The notes beneath the pieces are model-generated. The model saw nothing but the letters and a program-made list of their open reading frames with translations. It did no database searches and had not been told where the DNA came from. The translations under genes and the position numbers were made by a program. Positions 50,536 to 50,666 of a DNA stretch of 50,666 bases are shown here, piece after piece; the first letter of the stretch is position 1, and every line of letters begins with the position of its first letter. This DNA is from an uncultured delta proteobacterium (lineage in GTDB: Bacteria; Bdellovibrionota_C; UBA2361; CAIXSY01): positions 1-50,666 of the forward strand of contig CAIXSY010000232.1 of NCBI GenBank assembly GCA_903922175.1. Reading direction: 5' to 3'.

Positions 50536-50666
50536 CGAAACAGATAGCCACAGAAATTCATTGTGCATTTTGACCATAATTTTATGCACCATAAAGACGC
50601 AAATTGCCCATAACCCCTTACATGCACACTCCTGTCAACACAAAGACTAAGATCCTTGCTCAAGCG

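Overview
This is a chromosomal window from a diderm bacterium with moderate GC content and many lipobox lipoproteins; I cannot assign a taxon from sequence alone. The left half (about 2.6-26.7 kb) is mostly housekeeping. It holds a polytopic transporter, a GH63-like glucosidase plus glucokinase, tRNA-Leu(CAG), uvrB-uvrC, a FadJ/FadB-type multifunctional beta-oxidation enzyme and a long (type 2-like) isoleucyl-tRNA synthetase. Small accessory insertions are interspersed: a ParE/RelE-type TA pair directly after uvrC, an Ank+Sel1 repeat secreted protein, an orphan radical SAM/SPASM enzyme, a LoiP-like M48 lipoprotein protease and several orphan lipoproteins. The right half (about 27-50.6 kb) looks accessory. 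It contains a visibly AT-richer transglycosylase module, a Phd/VapC TA pair, a VOC enzyme and a three-gene orphan operon. It then carries a divergently organised type IV secretion-like locus: a coupling-protein ATPase plus a 681-aa membrane partner on the minus strand, and a TraL/E/K/B/V/C-like core on the plus strand. That core is followed by a non-canonical envelope module (small lipoprotein, bPH_2 membrane protein, coiled-coil SH3b protein, M23 peptidase) and ends at an IS200/RAYT-like Y1 (HUH) transposase gene. No relaxase, pilin, VirB6/TraG, TraN/U/W/F/H or VirB11 homologue is recognisable in the window. The window is also peppered with structured repeats. These include a family of nested palindromic MITE-like elements with conserved G(T/C)AA(C/T)TGCTC termini (three full copies, two of them inside the T4SS-like locus), GC-rich hairpins sharing CCAGCGCTGCGC, a 17-nt duplication of the tRNA-Leu 3' end, and inverted 15-mers flanking the Y1 transposase gene. 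All functional calls rest on motif and architecture recognition by eye. No database search was run.
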